DNA from: an uncultured bacterium
GTDB lineage: Bacteria > Hydrogenedentota > Hydrogenedentia > Hydrogenedentales > JAEUWI01
Assembly: GCA_963977445.1 (NCBI GenBank)
Contig: CAXBPH010000001.1
Span: 16,709-80,708, forward strand
Direction: 5' to 3'
DNA length: 64,000 nucleotides
Made by a program: the position numbers and the translations under genes. Below are positions 1 through 10,626 of the stretch, in pieces. The notes under the pieces were generated by a model. The model saw only the letters and a program-made list of their open reading frames with translations. It made no database searches and was not told where the DNA came from. The first letter of the stretch is position 1. Each line of letters begins with the position of its first letter.

Positions 1-320
1 CGTAAAGAGCGCGTTTAAATATTGTACGTTCGCTGCCTTCCGAATTGTCTTGTATCCGGTAACATGGTTGGCGTTTGAACTAGAGCGACAGGGAAACCCG
101 TTCACGGAAAAGTAGCTGTTATCCTACATCGCCTCTAAAGGCGTGGAAAAGCTGTATTCAATATTCCCTGCCGGTAGAGCGCCGATATCTGCAAATTCAC
201 CTGTGCGCAATTCCTGTGAAAGAAAATGCCTCCATCATGTCCCCTGTGAAGCAGAGAGATGAATGTTGAGTTAGGAATTTTCGGCAAGCGTCTTCTATGC
301 AGCTTCACTTCGACACTCCT

Positions 321-806
321 CTATCCCTCGTCGTGTGGGCGGTACCTGCCATAAAACCTCCTCGCTGAAATCTCTGCTCCCTTACTCAACAGCAAACTGT
401 TTGCGAAATCAAGAGCCCTGTCTATACATCCCGAGACGGGAAGCACAGGAAGAAAAGCCAGCATACCAACGGAGATACCCAACACCATCCACATCTGGCC
501 AAGCCAGGTATCAAGTGTATAATCGGACCAGCCTCTGACGAAGCTCCCCACTCTATACGCGAAATAAATCCCAGCAGCGATGACCAAGAAATTGACCAAA
601 TTACAACAAATACCAATCACCTTCCTACATCGCTGGCAGCGGGAGTATTCATCAGCGGGCCAGAAGGTGGACACAAACCGTTCCCAGTAGCCCCGCCCCC
701 TCTTACTATAAATGAGGAGCAAAGCAAAGCCCCACCAGCCCAATGTTATAAACAATACGAAAGGAGGATTTCCAAGAATGCTGGGACCCTCCATCATTGC
801 ACCCAT
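321..806 (-). CDS. hypothetical small multi-pass membrane protein
   Basis: 161-aa ORF with 3-4 hydrophobic helices (FVLFITLGWWGFALLLIY, FLVIAAGIYFAY, WMVLGISVGMLAFLPVLPV). No recognisable family. Local composition differs from the rest of the window. Confidence 0.3.
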   Translation of the reverse strand: MGAMMEGPSILGNPPFVLFITLGWWGFALLLIYSKRGRGYWERFVSTFWPADEYSRCQRCRKVIGICCNLVNFLVIAAGIYFAYRVGSFVRGWSDYTLDTWLGQMWMVLGISVGMLAFLPVLPVSGCIDRALDFANSLLLSKGAEISARRFYGRYRPHDEG

Positions 807-1469
807 ACTCTAGAGTGCTTAGCACCCGTACCAGCCGAACGATCCAGATCGCACTCAACTATTGAAAACACCAAGATAAGCAAAACGCCCGACCCGAAAA
901 GCACAAGCAATCGACAACCCTCCCTCGTTCTGGCACGAGGACCGGTCCCCCCGCACGTATCCGCAAACGTAACATACATTCCTATTCAAAACAATAACCA
1001 ATACGCCATGCAAGCTTGCGTAAGTGAGCCGAGCGCCACGCTCCCCCATAGCCATTTGTGCATGCCCCAAAAAAATTGAACGTAACGTGAAGGCTAGAGT
1101 ACAAAATACTTTGGTCGACCTTCCCCCCGAGGCCCCCCTACCCTTCCTCCAACGAGTAACAAGCCTACCCCCCCCCTGCACGTTGCGCCCCGCTGCGGGG
1201 ACGCTCTTCCAGCGTATGGCATACCAAGCCCAGTTAGAGGCCCTTTCCCCTTGTTCTGTCACTCTACCGACCCGTCCAATCCCATTAAATTCGCCACGCC
1301 TTCGCCCCGGAAGCGCGCCAGTCGATAGCCCGGTGCGACCGACCCGGTAGAACGACGTCTCATCGCATTGAATCCACGGTAAGGCAATCCCCCGGAGGGC
1401 TGGGGGGCGACGTGCGTATTCACGACATGGGATGACGGAGGGATTCAACGGAACGGGTTCGGGGCTCAA

Positions 1470-4274
1470 TCAAGCCACGTTTTTTTTTGCGAGAGCCGTC
1501 TCGATGACGTCGAAGAGTTGGGCCACGTTGAAGGGCTTGCGGAGCACTTCACGGGCTCCGCTACCGCTGGCGGTACCTATTTCCAGATCAGAGGTGGGCC
1601 CGAGCAACAAAACCACGGCAAGGCTTGGTTTGCGCTTTTGAATCTCGTCTACCAGAGCGGTGGGGGTATTGACGCCGCGGACGGCACCGTCAAGGAGGAC
1701 AAGGTCAACGGGATTCGCAATAACTTCGGCGAGGGCTTCGAGGCCGTCGGCAGCGGTGCGGATCGAGTAGCCGCGATTGCGCAAGGCCTCGGCGAGTACG
1801 TCGCCCAGCGCGGGGTCGTTATCCACCAGTAGGATTCGATGTTCGCTCGATGGGGCGGCGCTGGGTGCCTGCACAGGAGCGGGGGCACTGACAGGGGCAC
1901 GCTCGGGCGGACGGATCTCAAAGTCCTGCGAACGTAGCGAATCGGGTGCCGACTGCTCAGCCCGAAGCATACGTCGGGCCGTGTCCGCTTTGATGGCAGC
2001 GACCACTTCGGGCGCAATGCCGGATGCACCCTCTTCTTCTTTTACCCGGGGTGAAAAGCTCGCTGTCTCGTCGATGGAGGAGCCTTTTGAAATCGCCTCT
2101 GGCTCGGCAGCCCCGGAACGGTCCGAGGCAATGGGCAGGGTCACGGTACAGGTTGTGCCTGAACCTTCCTGGCTGTGGAGCGTAATCGTGCCACGGTGGG
2201 CTTCCACGATGCCATGACAAACGGCGAGTCCCATACCCGTGCCTTCGTTGCCACTCTGGGTGGTGAAAAAGGGCTCGAATACTTTATCCATAATATCGGC
2301 AGCAATACCCTGACCCGTATCGATTATCTGCACAAGCACCGCGGTGCGGTCCTGATTGGGCCGCACGCGAATCGTGAGCTTGTCCCCCTGTCGGGCCATG
2401 GCGTTGACTGCGTTTTTCAGCAGATTCTGAAAGACCTGATCCAACTGCACCCGGTCCAGGGGAATCTGAGGTAAATCCTGGGCGTAATCTTCGACCAGTT
2501 GAATGCCTTCATCGGAAAACTTCTGGCGCACCCGGTCTACCGAGGTTTTTACGAGATAGCTGATGCGACTGGGCAGGAGTTGGGGAGGATTGGGACGAGC
2601 AAACTGGAGCAGGTCACGCAAGATTCCGCAGGCACGATTACTGTGCTCCACGATAGCCTGCAAGGCCTTCTGGTCTTCCGGCTCCTGGGTGTTGGCGAGC
2701 AGCATCTGGGCCTTGCCCGATATAACGGCCAGAGGATTGTTTATTTCGTGGGCCGCACCGGCCGCCATTTTACCGACACTGATGAGGCGCTCGGTCCGTC
2801 GATCGTGACGGTGGCTGAGCTCCTGTTTCCACACGGCTTCCGCCAGGGATTCTGCTTCGGCATGAACACCGCGCACGGCCTTGCAGCGGGCCAGCGCCGC
2901 ACCGGCACTCTTCACGAAATGCATCAAGTCGTTCAAAAAACTGTCGGAAAGGGTCGGACCACCGGCACCGCTCTGGAAAATAAGCTGTCCCACGCTCCGA
3001 TTGCCATCGAGAAGGGGCAGGGCCACAAAGCCATGGCGACGGATTACGTGTTTGTGTTCTTCCGCACCATCGGGGGCCCCTAGCGTCGCAATAAGTTCAT
3101 CAAGAGAGGAAGAGGAGTCTGAGGCATCATCGCCACCGCGCGTCACAACACTTTCGGGCTCTTCTGACTGGCTGCGCCAACGCAATACAACGGGACTTTC
3201 CGTCGTGTCGTCCGTCAGATAGCAGAGTCCCATAGGAATGGAAAAGGCCTTCCGAAGCCCGTCGACAAAGAGCGTCAATTGGGCAGCGGGCACGAGACCG
3301 GGCTGCATGCGCTCATGCAAGGTGCTCAGGGCCTCGTAATAATTGCGTTCAAACCGCAGGCGTGCCGTTTCCACCCGGGTGGTACCCACGCCGACAGCCT
3401 CCTGGAGCCTGCGTTTCGGGGTGGCTTCTGGCTGCGAATCTTTCAGACCATCGCGCACCATCTCCAGCACATCAACCCGCTCCAGCCCCAGACGCAAGTA
3501 ACGTTGCTCATCCAATGAGGCAACCCGTTCCTGGGGTGGAGAATCCAAGGTCTCGCCATGGGCAAGTATGTTCGCGAGAGAGATGATTTCTATCAACTCT
3601 ACCGGGTAGGGCGTATTGTCCAGCGTGCCTGGCGGGTGGTGGTGTAACCAGATGGCGAAGATCACCGAAGACGGCAGGCCCCACGCTTCAGAAAGCCACT
3701 TTCCGGCCACGGTATGATCGGCACCGAGTTCACGGCGCTCTGCTTCGAGGGCAAACAATCCCTGCTGGCGAACCAGCTCCAGGGCCCGGTTGTAACCACC
3801 CGGTGCGATGCGATCCAGGGCGGGCTTGCCAATGTCGTGTAATAGCCCCGCCACATAGGCCAAAGGCTGGTAGCGGCTTCGTATTTTGCGGGCGATGGTG
3901 TCGGCGTAGTGACCCACCGTAAGTGAATGTAGCCAGAAGGCCTTCAATTCGAGACCATGGCTTCGTGGGACGTCAAAAAGGGCAGGCAATACGCGATCGA
4001 AGGTAAGTTGGGCAACCCGTGCGAGGCCCAACGCCATCAATTGCTCGTCCAGCGGCGCGTCTTCGGCACAATCACATTCCGCAGCGGCTACCGTCTGGAA
4101 TTGGTGCACCAACCCATCGTCAAATTCGGCGATAGACACGAGCTCATCCCAGTGCACCGTCCCCGAATCAAGCGCGAGGAGAATTTCCCGCGCAATATGG
4201 GGCAGCACCGGCATTTGCTGCAACGAGCTTATACGTTGTTTTATATCTATCTTGATCATGTTCTTTTGCGCCAC
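1470..4274 (-). CDS. hybrid sensor histidine kinase with N-terminal HDOD domain, HisKA/HATPase_c core and C-terminal REC receiver
   Basis: N-terminus MPVLPHIAREILLAL...LLHDIGKPALD is HDOD-like. A GAF/PAS-like middle region follows. H-box AAGAAHEINNPLAVISG. HATPase_c G-boxes (IIDTGQGIAADIMDKVFEPFFTT, GTGMGLAVCHGIVEAH). C-terminal receiver ILLVDNDPALGDVLAEALRNRGYSIRTAADGLEALAEV...DLVLLDG. Confidence 0.8.
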   Translation of the reverse strand: MAQKNMIKIDIKQRISSLQQMPVLPHIAREILLALDSGTVHWDELVSIAEFDDGLVHQFQTVAAAECDCAEDAPLDEQLMALGLARVAQLTFDRVLPALFDVPRSHGLELKAFWLHSLTVGHYADTIARKIRSRYQPLAYVAGLLHDIGKPALDRIAPGGYNRALELVRQQGLFALEAERRELGADHTVAGKWLSEAWGLPSSVIFAIWLHHHPPGTLDNTPYPVELIEIISLANILAHGETLDSPPQERVASLDEQRYLRLGLERVDVLEMVRDGLKDSQPEATPKRRLQEAVGVGTTRVETARLRFERNYYEALSTLHERMQPGLVPAAQLTLFVDGLRKAFSIPMGLCYLTDDTTESPVVLRWRSQSEEPESVVTRGGDDASDSSSSLDELIATLGAPDGAEEHKHVIRRHGFVALPLLDGNRSVGQLIFQSGAGGPTLSDSFLNDLMHFVKSAGAALARCKAVRGVHAEAESLAEAVWKQELSHRHDRRTERLISVGKMAAGAAHEINNPLAVISGKAQMLLANTQEPEDQKALQAIVEHSNRACGILRDLLQFARPNPPQLLPSRISYLVKTSVDRVRQKFSDEGIQLVEDYAQDLPQIPLDRVQLDQVFQNLLKNAVNAMARQGDKLTIRVRPNQDRTAVLVQIIDTGQGIAADIMDKVFEPFFTTQSGNEGTGMGLAVCHGIVEAHRGTITLHSQEGSGTTCTVTLPIASDRSGAAEPEAISKGSSIDETASFSPRVKEEEGASGIAPEVVAAIKADTARRMLRAEQSAPDSLRSQDFEIRPPERAPVSAPAPVQAPSAAPSSEHRILLVDNDPALGDVLAEALRNRGYSIRTAADGLEALAEVIANPVDLVLLDGAVRGVNTPTALVDEIQKRKPSLAVVLLLGPTSDLEIGTASGSGAREVLRKPFNVAQLFDVIETALAKKNVA

Positions 4275-4542
4275 GACAAGTCGATAAGAAGGTAAAATGC
4301 ACGTCGAAATGGTTCCCGAGACACCATTATTACGGCTCTTCTTGCCTACTATATCATGTATGACAGATTATCGCCAACACAATATACACACCAAAAGCGT
4401 ACAAGAAGTTACATTCATGCCAGAAATTCTTACTTTTAGAATACCTCTGGCAAACCCACGGAGGCATCATAGCAATACACAGGCACCGGGTGTCAAATTT
4501 CTGCCATACGGCCCCGTCGCCCCAAAAAAGAAGGGAATCAGG

Positions 4543-5778
4543 TTACAGGGTGTTGACCATATCCGCGTAAACTTCGCGTGCGCCTTCGGCCAGCACCGGC
4601 ATAGCGCAGGACGCATATTGATCCAGTAGCACCCGGGTCTCCTCCTGATGACCACGTAGACTCCACACGATCCGGTTGTACATGGCTTCCTCGCGATCTT
4701 TAAACGCAATTTCGAGGAGTCGTCGGAGCACGTCAGTCTTCTTATACTTAACGGTAGACAGGCCAAAATAGACGGCGTTATAGCGCACCTCCCGATCCGT
4801 GTCTTCCGTCATCGCCAGTAAGAGATCGATGGCGGCTGGGTCCTGTTTCGGGGCGGCCCAGACCCATCGGGTGCCCACAATCCGCGCCACTTTTTTTCTC
4901 ACCTCCGGATCCTTATCCAGGCTGCACAAATAGAACGTAGAGATATGGGCTTCGTTCATGATGCGGGCAATATGGGCCTCTTCAATCAGGTTCAATACGG
5001 CCAGCCGCTCGGAGGAGTCGCCGGTACGAAGGGTCATCGTGAGAGCTTTCAGGCGCCCGCCATACCGTTCCTCCGCCGTCGCCAGTTCCTTTTCTGCCGC
5101 CCAGGCAAAGGCCTTGAGCTCCCGTCGGAGTATCTTTCGCACCACATCCGCTTTTTCACGAACAACGGGCTCAGGGTCTTGCGCATAGGGCGCGAGAAAA
5201 CGAATGGACGATTCCCGCTGCTCCCCCAGACCCCAGGCAACCCGACTCAAATCATTGGGGCCATCTATTTCCATGCAAATCTCTACCAGCGTCCGTAGGA
5301 TGGCGTCTGTCTTGGGTCGCACCACGGAAAGCCCGAAATAGAGGGCGGCACTTCGCGTACCGTAGGTGTCTGTTGCCGACGCCGTCCCCATTGACGCGTG
5401 ATACATGATTTCAATGGCTTCGGGGTCTTGGACCACCTTACCCCATATAAAGGTACTCCCCACCCAACGTAGCAGGGGCGTCCGGTCTCCCGGGAAGCGC
5501 CGCAAGCCCTGACGAACCAGGGCGAGTCCTTCGGGATTGGTCATGGCATCCAAGTCACCCTTTGACCATCGCTCATTCAGAATGAGGGCACCGGGCTGGC
5601 TATCGGGAAAGTAGGCGTCGAAATCCGGCCGTTGATAGACCCGCCCATCGCGCCACGAGAACGGTACCCCTTCGGTAGCACGCGCTTCGGCCGTCACCGA
5701 GGTTGGCTCGCTGGCAACGCTCGACAGGGAAAGGGCCCACAACACCAAACTCGACACCAACCGAAAACGCGTATCCAA
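4543..5778 (-). CDS. secreted HEAT/ARM-like repeat protein (hypothetical)
   Basis: N-terminal signal peptide MDTRFRLVSSLVLWALSLSSVASEP. Repeated DPEVRKKVARIVG / DREVRYNAVYFGL HEAT-like units. Confidence 0.45.
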   Translation of the reverse strand: MDTRFRLVSSLVLWALSLSSVASEPTSVTAEARATEGVPFSWRDGRVYQRPDFDAYFPDSQPGALILNERWSKGDLDAMTNPEGLALVRQGLRRFPGDRTPLLRWVGSTFIWGKVVQDPEAIEIMYHASMGTASATDTYGTRSAALYFGLSVVRPKTDAILRTLVEICMEIDGPNDLSRVAWGLGEQRESSIRFLAPYAQDPEPVVREKADVVRKILRRELKAFAWAAEKELATAEERYGGRLKALTMTLRTGDSSERLAVLNLIEEAHIARIMNEAHISTFYLCSLDKDPEVRKKVARIVGTRWVWAAPKQDPAAIDLLLAMTEDTDREVRYNAVYFGLSTVKYKKTDVLRRLLEIAFKDREEAMYNRIVWSLRGHQEETRVLLDQYASCAMPVLAEGAREVYADMVNTL

Positions 5779-5817
5779 GGCCTCGCTCCCATCAGGCCCG
5801 GCGCATTGTACCGCTAC

Positions 5818-6915
5818 TTATAACGCGATAGCCGCCACCAGGCCGGTCAACAGTTGTTCCACCAATCGCATACAGGGACTCAACAACAAACTGCACACAA
5901 ACCATGCAATCAAAAATCCCATACCACCTTCCATTCGAAGGGGAAAGCGGCTGGAAATCAACAGTATTTTCGCCATAAAGGAAACCATGAAGGCCATGGC
6001 AACCAAAATGCCCGCCGCAGGGCCGAAGGCGCCAAAATGTTCCGCACCCCAATTCACCATGGCGTTTATGGCGGCAAAAGTAACCCCAAGATAGGCGACA
6101 GAAATATAGTTTTGGCGGGAATCGTTTTCGTAGAGCAGCTCCATCAGCGCCAACGTGGCATAGAGTCCTATCCCTTGACCGAGGGCGCTCGCGACAAAAT
6201 TCATGGCCCAAAGGACCCAGTGCCAAACGGCAGGCAACGTCTGGGCCCGTTCCATATCTACGGCGAAGAGTTGTGCGATCCATTGATTCACGGGAAGTGC
6301 CGCAGCCACCAGGACGACCACGACACCAACGACTGCGAGTGTGATCAGGCCTTTTTTCTTTCGCCCACGCTCGGCATCTTCGTGGTCTCGGTTTACAGCG
6401 AGTTTTTTGGGGGGCTCGGGGCGATAGAAATCGCGGCGTTCCCCCACCGATGGCGGTGTATACCCCGGTGCCGCCTGGACCGCACACAGATGGCACAACA
6501 ATCCCTGGGGGCTGGCATTCTTGTCCCAATCCCCCCGAAAGGTCCGATGGCAGCGACTGCACTGCTCCAGCTCATCTTCCGCCGCCGCCTCACGAATCCC
6601 CCCGGTCCAATCGCGTGCGGCAACGGGAGCAGACGCAACTTCAGGAGGCCCCTCCGGCGTTGCGGAAGGCGATGGGCTCTCGAAGTCCCCAACCCCCGGA
6701 CTGAAATCAGATTCCATGGCACGGTCGTCGGCGAAGGCATCGGATGGAAGCTCCGGCACGAAGGCCTCCGCGAAGACAATCTTCTCTGCGGATACTTCGG
6801 CGGCAGGTAGAGGCCGTCCACAGGCGAGACACGAGCGCGCCTCGCCATAGGCGAATACTCCCAGGTCATTGCGTTGACCACATTCACATACGACCGATTG
6901 CCCCAAAACGTACAC
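5818..6915 (-). CDS. membrane protein with N-terminal double zinc-ribbon (hypothetical)
   Basis: N-terminal CECG...CLACG and CSRCH...CHLC cysteine pairs, an acidic/proline-rich linker, then ~6 C-terminal TM helices. The antisense ORF 5854..6810 was rejected. Confidence 0.45.
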   Translation of the reverse strand: MYVLGQSVVCECGQRNDLGVFAYGEARSCLACGRPLPAAEVSAEKIVFAEAFVPELPSDAFADDRAMESDFSPGVGDFESPSPSATPEGPPEVASAPVAARDWTGGIREAAAEDELEQCSRCHRTFRGDWDKNASPQGLLCHLCAVQAAPGYTPPSVGERRDFYRPEPPKKLAVNRDHEDAERGRKKKGLITLAVVGVVVVLVAAALPVNQWIAQLFAVDMERAQTLPAVWHWVLWAMNFVASALGQGIGLYATLALMELLYENDSRQNYISVAYLGVTFAAINAMVNWGAEHFGAFGPAAGILVAMAFMVSFMAKILLISSRFPLRMEGGMGFLIAWFVCSLLLSPCMRLVEQLLTGLVAAIAL

Positions 6916-7178
6916 CTCCTGAAATTCCGTTTATCCAGCCTGCCTTACATGCCGCCCGAGCCTATCCCCAATGTATCAGGAGCGTTGCTCTGGTATAACA
7001 ATACACCTCACCCCCCGGTGCGCTTCAAGCACAACCCAAACCGCTCAAGGTTGCGGATAGTGCCCCGTCCCATTGATTTTTGATTCCCCCGGGCGGTACG
7101 TTCTTGGTAGGACTTCGTTCGACAACCATTTCCACCAGAAATTCATCCTGAATACGATGAGACAAGGAGGACAAGAAA

Positions 7179-7364
7179 ATGCAAGATCACTACGATATAA
7201 GTTGCCCACATTGCTGGCAAACTTTTTCCATACCACTGGATCTTTCCGTACGGGGCCAAACCTTCATCTACGACTGCGAGATTTGCTGTAATCCCCTGGA
7301 AGTGGAATATGAGGCCGAAGGCGGGCAAATCGTTTTCTGTGAAGCCCGCTCACTGGAGCAGTGA
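7179..7364 (+). CDS. CPXCG-motif cysteine-rich small protein
   Basis: 61 aa with CPHCW...CEICC arrangement (MQDHYDISCPHCWQTF...YDCEICCNPLEVEYE), typical of the CPXCG small zinc-binding protein family. Confidence 0.55.
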   Translation: MQDHYDISCPHCWQTFSIPLDLSVRGQTFIYDCEICCNPLEVEYEAEGGQIVFCEARSLEQ

Positions 7365-7442
7365 CGCACAAAGTTGGGTCGATGTAGTGCTGACGACCCC
7401 GGCACGTCAGCTACGCTGCTCGGGTGCCGTTGTCATAGCACG

Positions 7443-9347
7443 TTACATATCCGAAAGGTTGCGCGGTAACCAGGCAGCACGAAGGGCATTCAACACCGCC
7501 AGCACATCGATGACTTCCTGGCAAACCGCGCCTTGAACGGGGGTCAAGTATCCCAAAGACGCCAGAATCATTCCGCCGATACTGAGAATCATCCCGCCAA
7601 CGGCACTTTCGATGGCGATTCTGCGCATCCGCCGACTGATATGAAGAAACTCATCCACCTTTTTCAATGAGTTGTCCATGATCACCACACCGGCCGCCTC
7701 GGCGGTCACATCACTCCCCTGGCCTATCGCCATCCCCACGGTGGCCGCCATCATGGCAGGGGCATCGTTAATACCATCGCCCACGTAGAGTGTCGGGGCC
7801 CGTTCGGTTTCCACCCGAACGATAGCCAGCTTTTCTTCGGGACTTTGCTGCGCGTAGATTTCTGTGATGCCCACCTCGCCAGCCAGGTAACGCACCTCCG
7901 ACTCGCGGTCTCCCGACACAATCATGAGTCGATTGAATTGATGATGGGGCCCCAGGTGCCTCATGAATGAATGGCTGTCGGCACGCGGCGCATCGCGAAA
8001 GCGATAGCAGGCGGCCACGCGGCCATCCAGCAGCACGACGCACTCCAAACCATCTCCCGTTGCTGGCAAGTTTTCAACACCCGATGCACCCATGGCCTCG
8101 AGCTTCTTCCGACTTGTAATACGAATCTCTCGCCCTTCAACCGTACCGCGAAGCCCCTCACCGGGATGCTCACTGACGGCCATGGCTTCGGGTATGGTCA
8201 TTCCGGCAGCATGGGCCGATTCGGTAATAGCCAAGGCCAGCGGGTGCCTGGAATAGCGCTCTAACCCGGCAACGAGCTGGAGAAGTTCCTGAGCATCTAC
8301 ACCTTCAACCGGAATTTGCTCGACAAGGGTTGGTGCGCCATAAGTCAGCGTACCCGTCTTGTCAAAAATAGCGGTGCGACAACGGGCAATTTGCTCAAGA
8401 GCTACCGGGCTCTTAACGATTATGGCCCGGCGCGCGCAAAGGGAAATCGAGCCAATTATGGCAACAGGTATACCGATCAGGAGGGGGCAGGGTGTCGCAA
8501 TCACAAGTACCGCCAGAAATCGTGTGGCTTCCCCGCTGAAGCCCCACGCGGCCAGGGCGATGGTTACCGCCAGGGGCGTGTAGAAGGCTCCGAGCTGGTC
8601 CCCGAGTCGGCGCATTTCGGGCCGGGTGGCTTCTGATTCCCGCATGACCGCCATGATTCGCGCATAGCGGGAATCGGCCACAATCTGGGTGGCCCGAATG
8701 GTAAGGGCGACTTCTCCATTGATAGCACCCGATATGACGACGGAGCCCTTCGTTTTCGTGCTGCTGAACGGCTCGCCGGTAAGATAGGATTCGTCCATGA
8801 CGCCATGGCCATCAAGCACTTCCCCATCGACGGGGCATATTTCGTGGGGGTAGACCACAACTTCGTCACCCACGGCAATCGCTTCGAGGGGCACATCTTC
8901 GAGCCCGCCCGCCGCCTGGCGACGGTGGGCCGTAACGGGCATGCGTCGGGCCAGGGCGGCCAACACGGAGGAAGCGCTTCGCAGGGCATAGGCTTCGAGG
9001 GCCTCCCCACCACTCAGCATCAAGACGATGATCGCACCGGCCAGATATTCGCCGAGCAGGATTGAGGTGACGATGGACAGTCCCCCCAGGAGGTCCGAGC
9101 CAAACTCACGGCGCAGGGCTTTTCGGGCCAGGTCGGCCACAAGAGGCACGCCACCCAGCAACAGACAAAGCCACAGGGGAGAATATGCGACGCGATCCGT
9201 AATACCAAACCCAAAGCGAATGACCAGATGGAGGCCGATCATGCCGACGGCAAGCAGAGTGATTAGAAGGGTCTGTTGCTTTCCCAATGATTTCAGGAGC
9301 CCGCCTCCCGTTCCCCCGCCGTCCACCTCTTCTGAATTTTGGTTCAT
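7443..9347 (-). CDS. heavy-metal-translocating P1B-type ATPase (no N-terminal metal-binding domain)
   Basis: DKTGTLT phosphorylation motif, CPC in TM6 ([13 protein letters not shown]), SRHPLA (HP motif), [11 protein letters not shown] hinge, TGEP actuator motif. 634 aa, so it lacks an HMA domain. TM8 ...LAVLNALR resembles Zn/Cd/Pb-type pumps, but the specificity is unresolved. Confidence 0.85.
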   Translation of the reverse strand: MNQNSEEVDGGGTGGGLLKSLGKQQTLLITLLAVGMIGLHLVIRFGFGITDRVAYSPLWLCLLLGGVPLVADLARKALRREFGSDLLGGLSIVTSILLGEYLAGAIIVLMLSGGEALEAYALRSASSVLAALARRMPVTAHRRQAAGGLEDVPLEAIAVGDEVVVYPHEICPVDGEVLDGHGVMDESYLTGEPFSSTKTKGSVVISGAINGEVALTIRATQIVADSRYARIMAVMRESEATRPEMRRLGDQLGAFYTPLAVTIALAAWGFSGEATRFLAVLVIATPCPLLIGIPVAIIGSISLCARRAIIVKSPVALEQIARCRTAIFDKTGTLTYGAPTLVEQIPVEGVDAQELLQLVAGLERYSRHPLALAITESAHAAGMTIPEAMAVSEHPGEGLRGTVEGREIRITSRKKLEAMGASGVENLPATGDGLECVVLLDGRVAACYRFRDAPRADSHSFMRHLGPHHQFNRLMIVSGDRESEVRYLAGEVGITEIYAQQSPEEKLAIVRVETERAPTLYVGDGINDAPAMMAATVGMAIGQGSDVTAEAAGVVIMDNSLKKVDEFLHISRRMRRIAIESAVGGMILSIGGMILASLGYLTPVQGAVCQEVIDVLAVLNALRAAWLPRNLSDM

Positions 9348-9615
9348 GTACTACCCGCTCCGGCAGAAATACGTGGAGCCTTTCTCGTAAAAGTCCATTC
9401 GCGTCGCACGGCCACTACCCGCATACGGAGCCGGACATTCTGACTATGCCGCGTCATTCACTATCATCCTAAACCCTTTGCGACAACAATGTAAACGAAA
9501 GGCCCGCGCTGCTACGAATTATTCCCCCCAAACACTACGGGCACTCGAAGACACTTCTCCGCCAACCCCAGGCAAACGTCTTGTTCGACAACCGGCTTAA
9601 GGCTATACTTCGTCC

Positions 9616-10488
9616 ATGCTCCACGCCTCCTTACGCCCAGAAGATTGCAGGGCCTGTACACGCGCCCTGTCATCGGGTCTACTCCAGGCTATCCATGCCG
9701 TTGTCCTACTCGCCATGGCCAGTCTCCTAATGCATTGGCCTGCCGAGGCTGAAGCTATAGAGGAGCTACCCCCGCACACTCCGGAAGTAGACGAGGCACC
9801 CGGCGACTGGTATTTCTTCATCGCCGCTGTCAATGTCTATCCCAAGCTCGAATCCGAACAGCTGATCAAGCAACTTTTCGAGCCGGTATTGCGCGGCCTG
9901 GCCCCGGGTCACGATGGGGTATACACCGTGAGCGACCTTCGTGACGACCATGGCCTCTGGCCCCCCCATATTGGCGTAGGAAAAAACCTGAATGACCACT
10001 GGTCGGTCTTCCTCGAAGCGGGCTACACGGCTGGAAAAGTGCGCACCAAGACCGATGACCGGAGCATAATTCTCGTCCCCCTCCACACCGACTTTGAAAT
10101 AATGCGAAGTGCTCTTTTTGCAGGTCTGGGCGTGGATTACTTCCCCTGGGGCATGCCCGAGCAACAAGACTACCAGGGACTCCGTGCCCGTCTCGCCGAA
10201 GTGCGGCCTTTTTTCGGAACACGACTCACGTGGACCCATGCCACCTTTCGCGCCAAGGCCAAGCTGGGCTTCCCGCCCACACCCAATTTCCTGAATATCG
10301 AAATCGCTGACGCCTGGACCCTCCCCAGCCTTACGACGGTGGTGGGTTTTGAGCTACCTCTCTCAAAGAATTCCGCACTTACGGTCAATGGCGCGTATAA
10401 CTATTTCTGGAAACAGGATTTCGATTTTGAAGGGTGGGCCTTGACCGTCCAGTGGAAACGTTTCTTTAAGGGCCCCCGATCTCGCTAA
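9616..10488 (+). CDS. hypothetical protein, possibly outer-membrane beta-barrel
   Basis: 290-aa ORF with a hydrophobic N-terminal segment and alternating aromatic/hydrophobic C-terminal strands (LTVNGAYNYFW, WALTVQWKRFF). No family recognised. Confidence 0.3.
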   Translation: MLHASLRPEDCRACTRALSSGLLQAIHAVVLLAMASLLMHWPAEAEAIEELPPHTPEVDEAPGDWYFFIAAVNVYPKLESEQLIKQLFEPVLRGLAPGHDGVYTVSDLRDDHGLWPPHIGVGKNLNDHWSVFLEAGYTAGKVRTKTDDRSIILVPLHTDFEIMRSALFAGLGVDYFPWGMPEQQDYQGLRARLAEVRPFFGTRLTWTHATFRAKAKLGFPPTPNFLNIEIADAWTLPSLTTVVGFELPLSKNSALTVNGAYNYFWKQDFDFEGWALTVQWKRFFKGPRSR

Positions 10489-10626
10489 TACGCCGCTAAC
10501 AGTGATATGAAATACTACGTCGGTTTGTTTCTACCGATGGTCGGTCGCAACGTGTCTTGAGGCGTGGCTCCTCGCGAGTAAGGCCTCGACGCATGATTTC
10601 GTCGAACATCAACAACAAGGTATGCC

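Noticed and set aside
855-1469. 204-aa minus-strand ORF in the poly-C region
   Set aside because: Pro/Arg/Gly low-complexity translation of a C-rich tract. No start context. Treated as non-coding.
5854-6810. 318-aa plus-strand ORF (also 5792..6562 minus, 6393..6887 minus) overlapping the zinc-ribbon membrane protein gene
   Set aside because: His/Gln/Arg-rich nonsense composition typical of antisense or off-frame ORFs in GC-rich DNA. The 5818..6915 minus-strand frame gives a coherent zinc-ribbon plus TM architecture.
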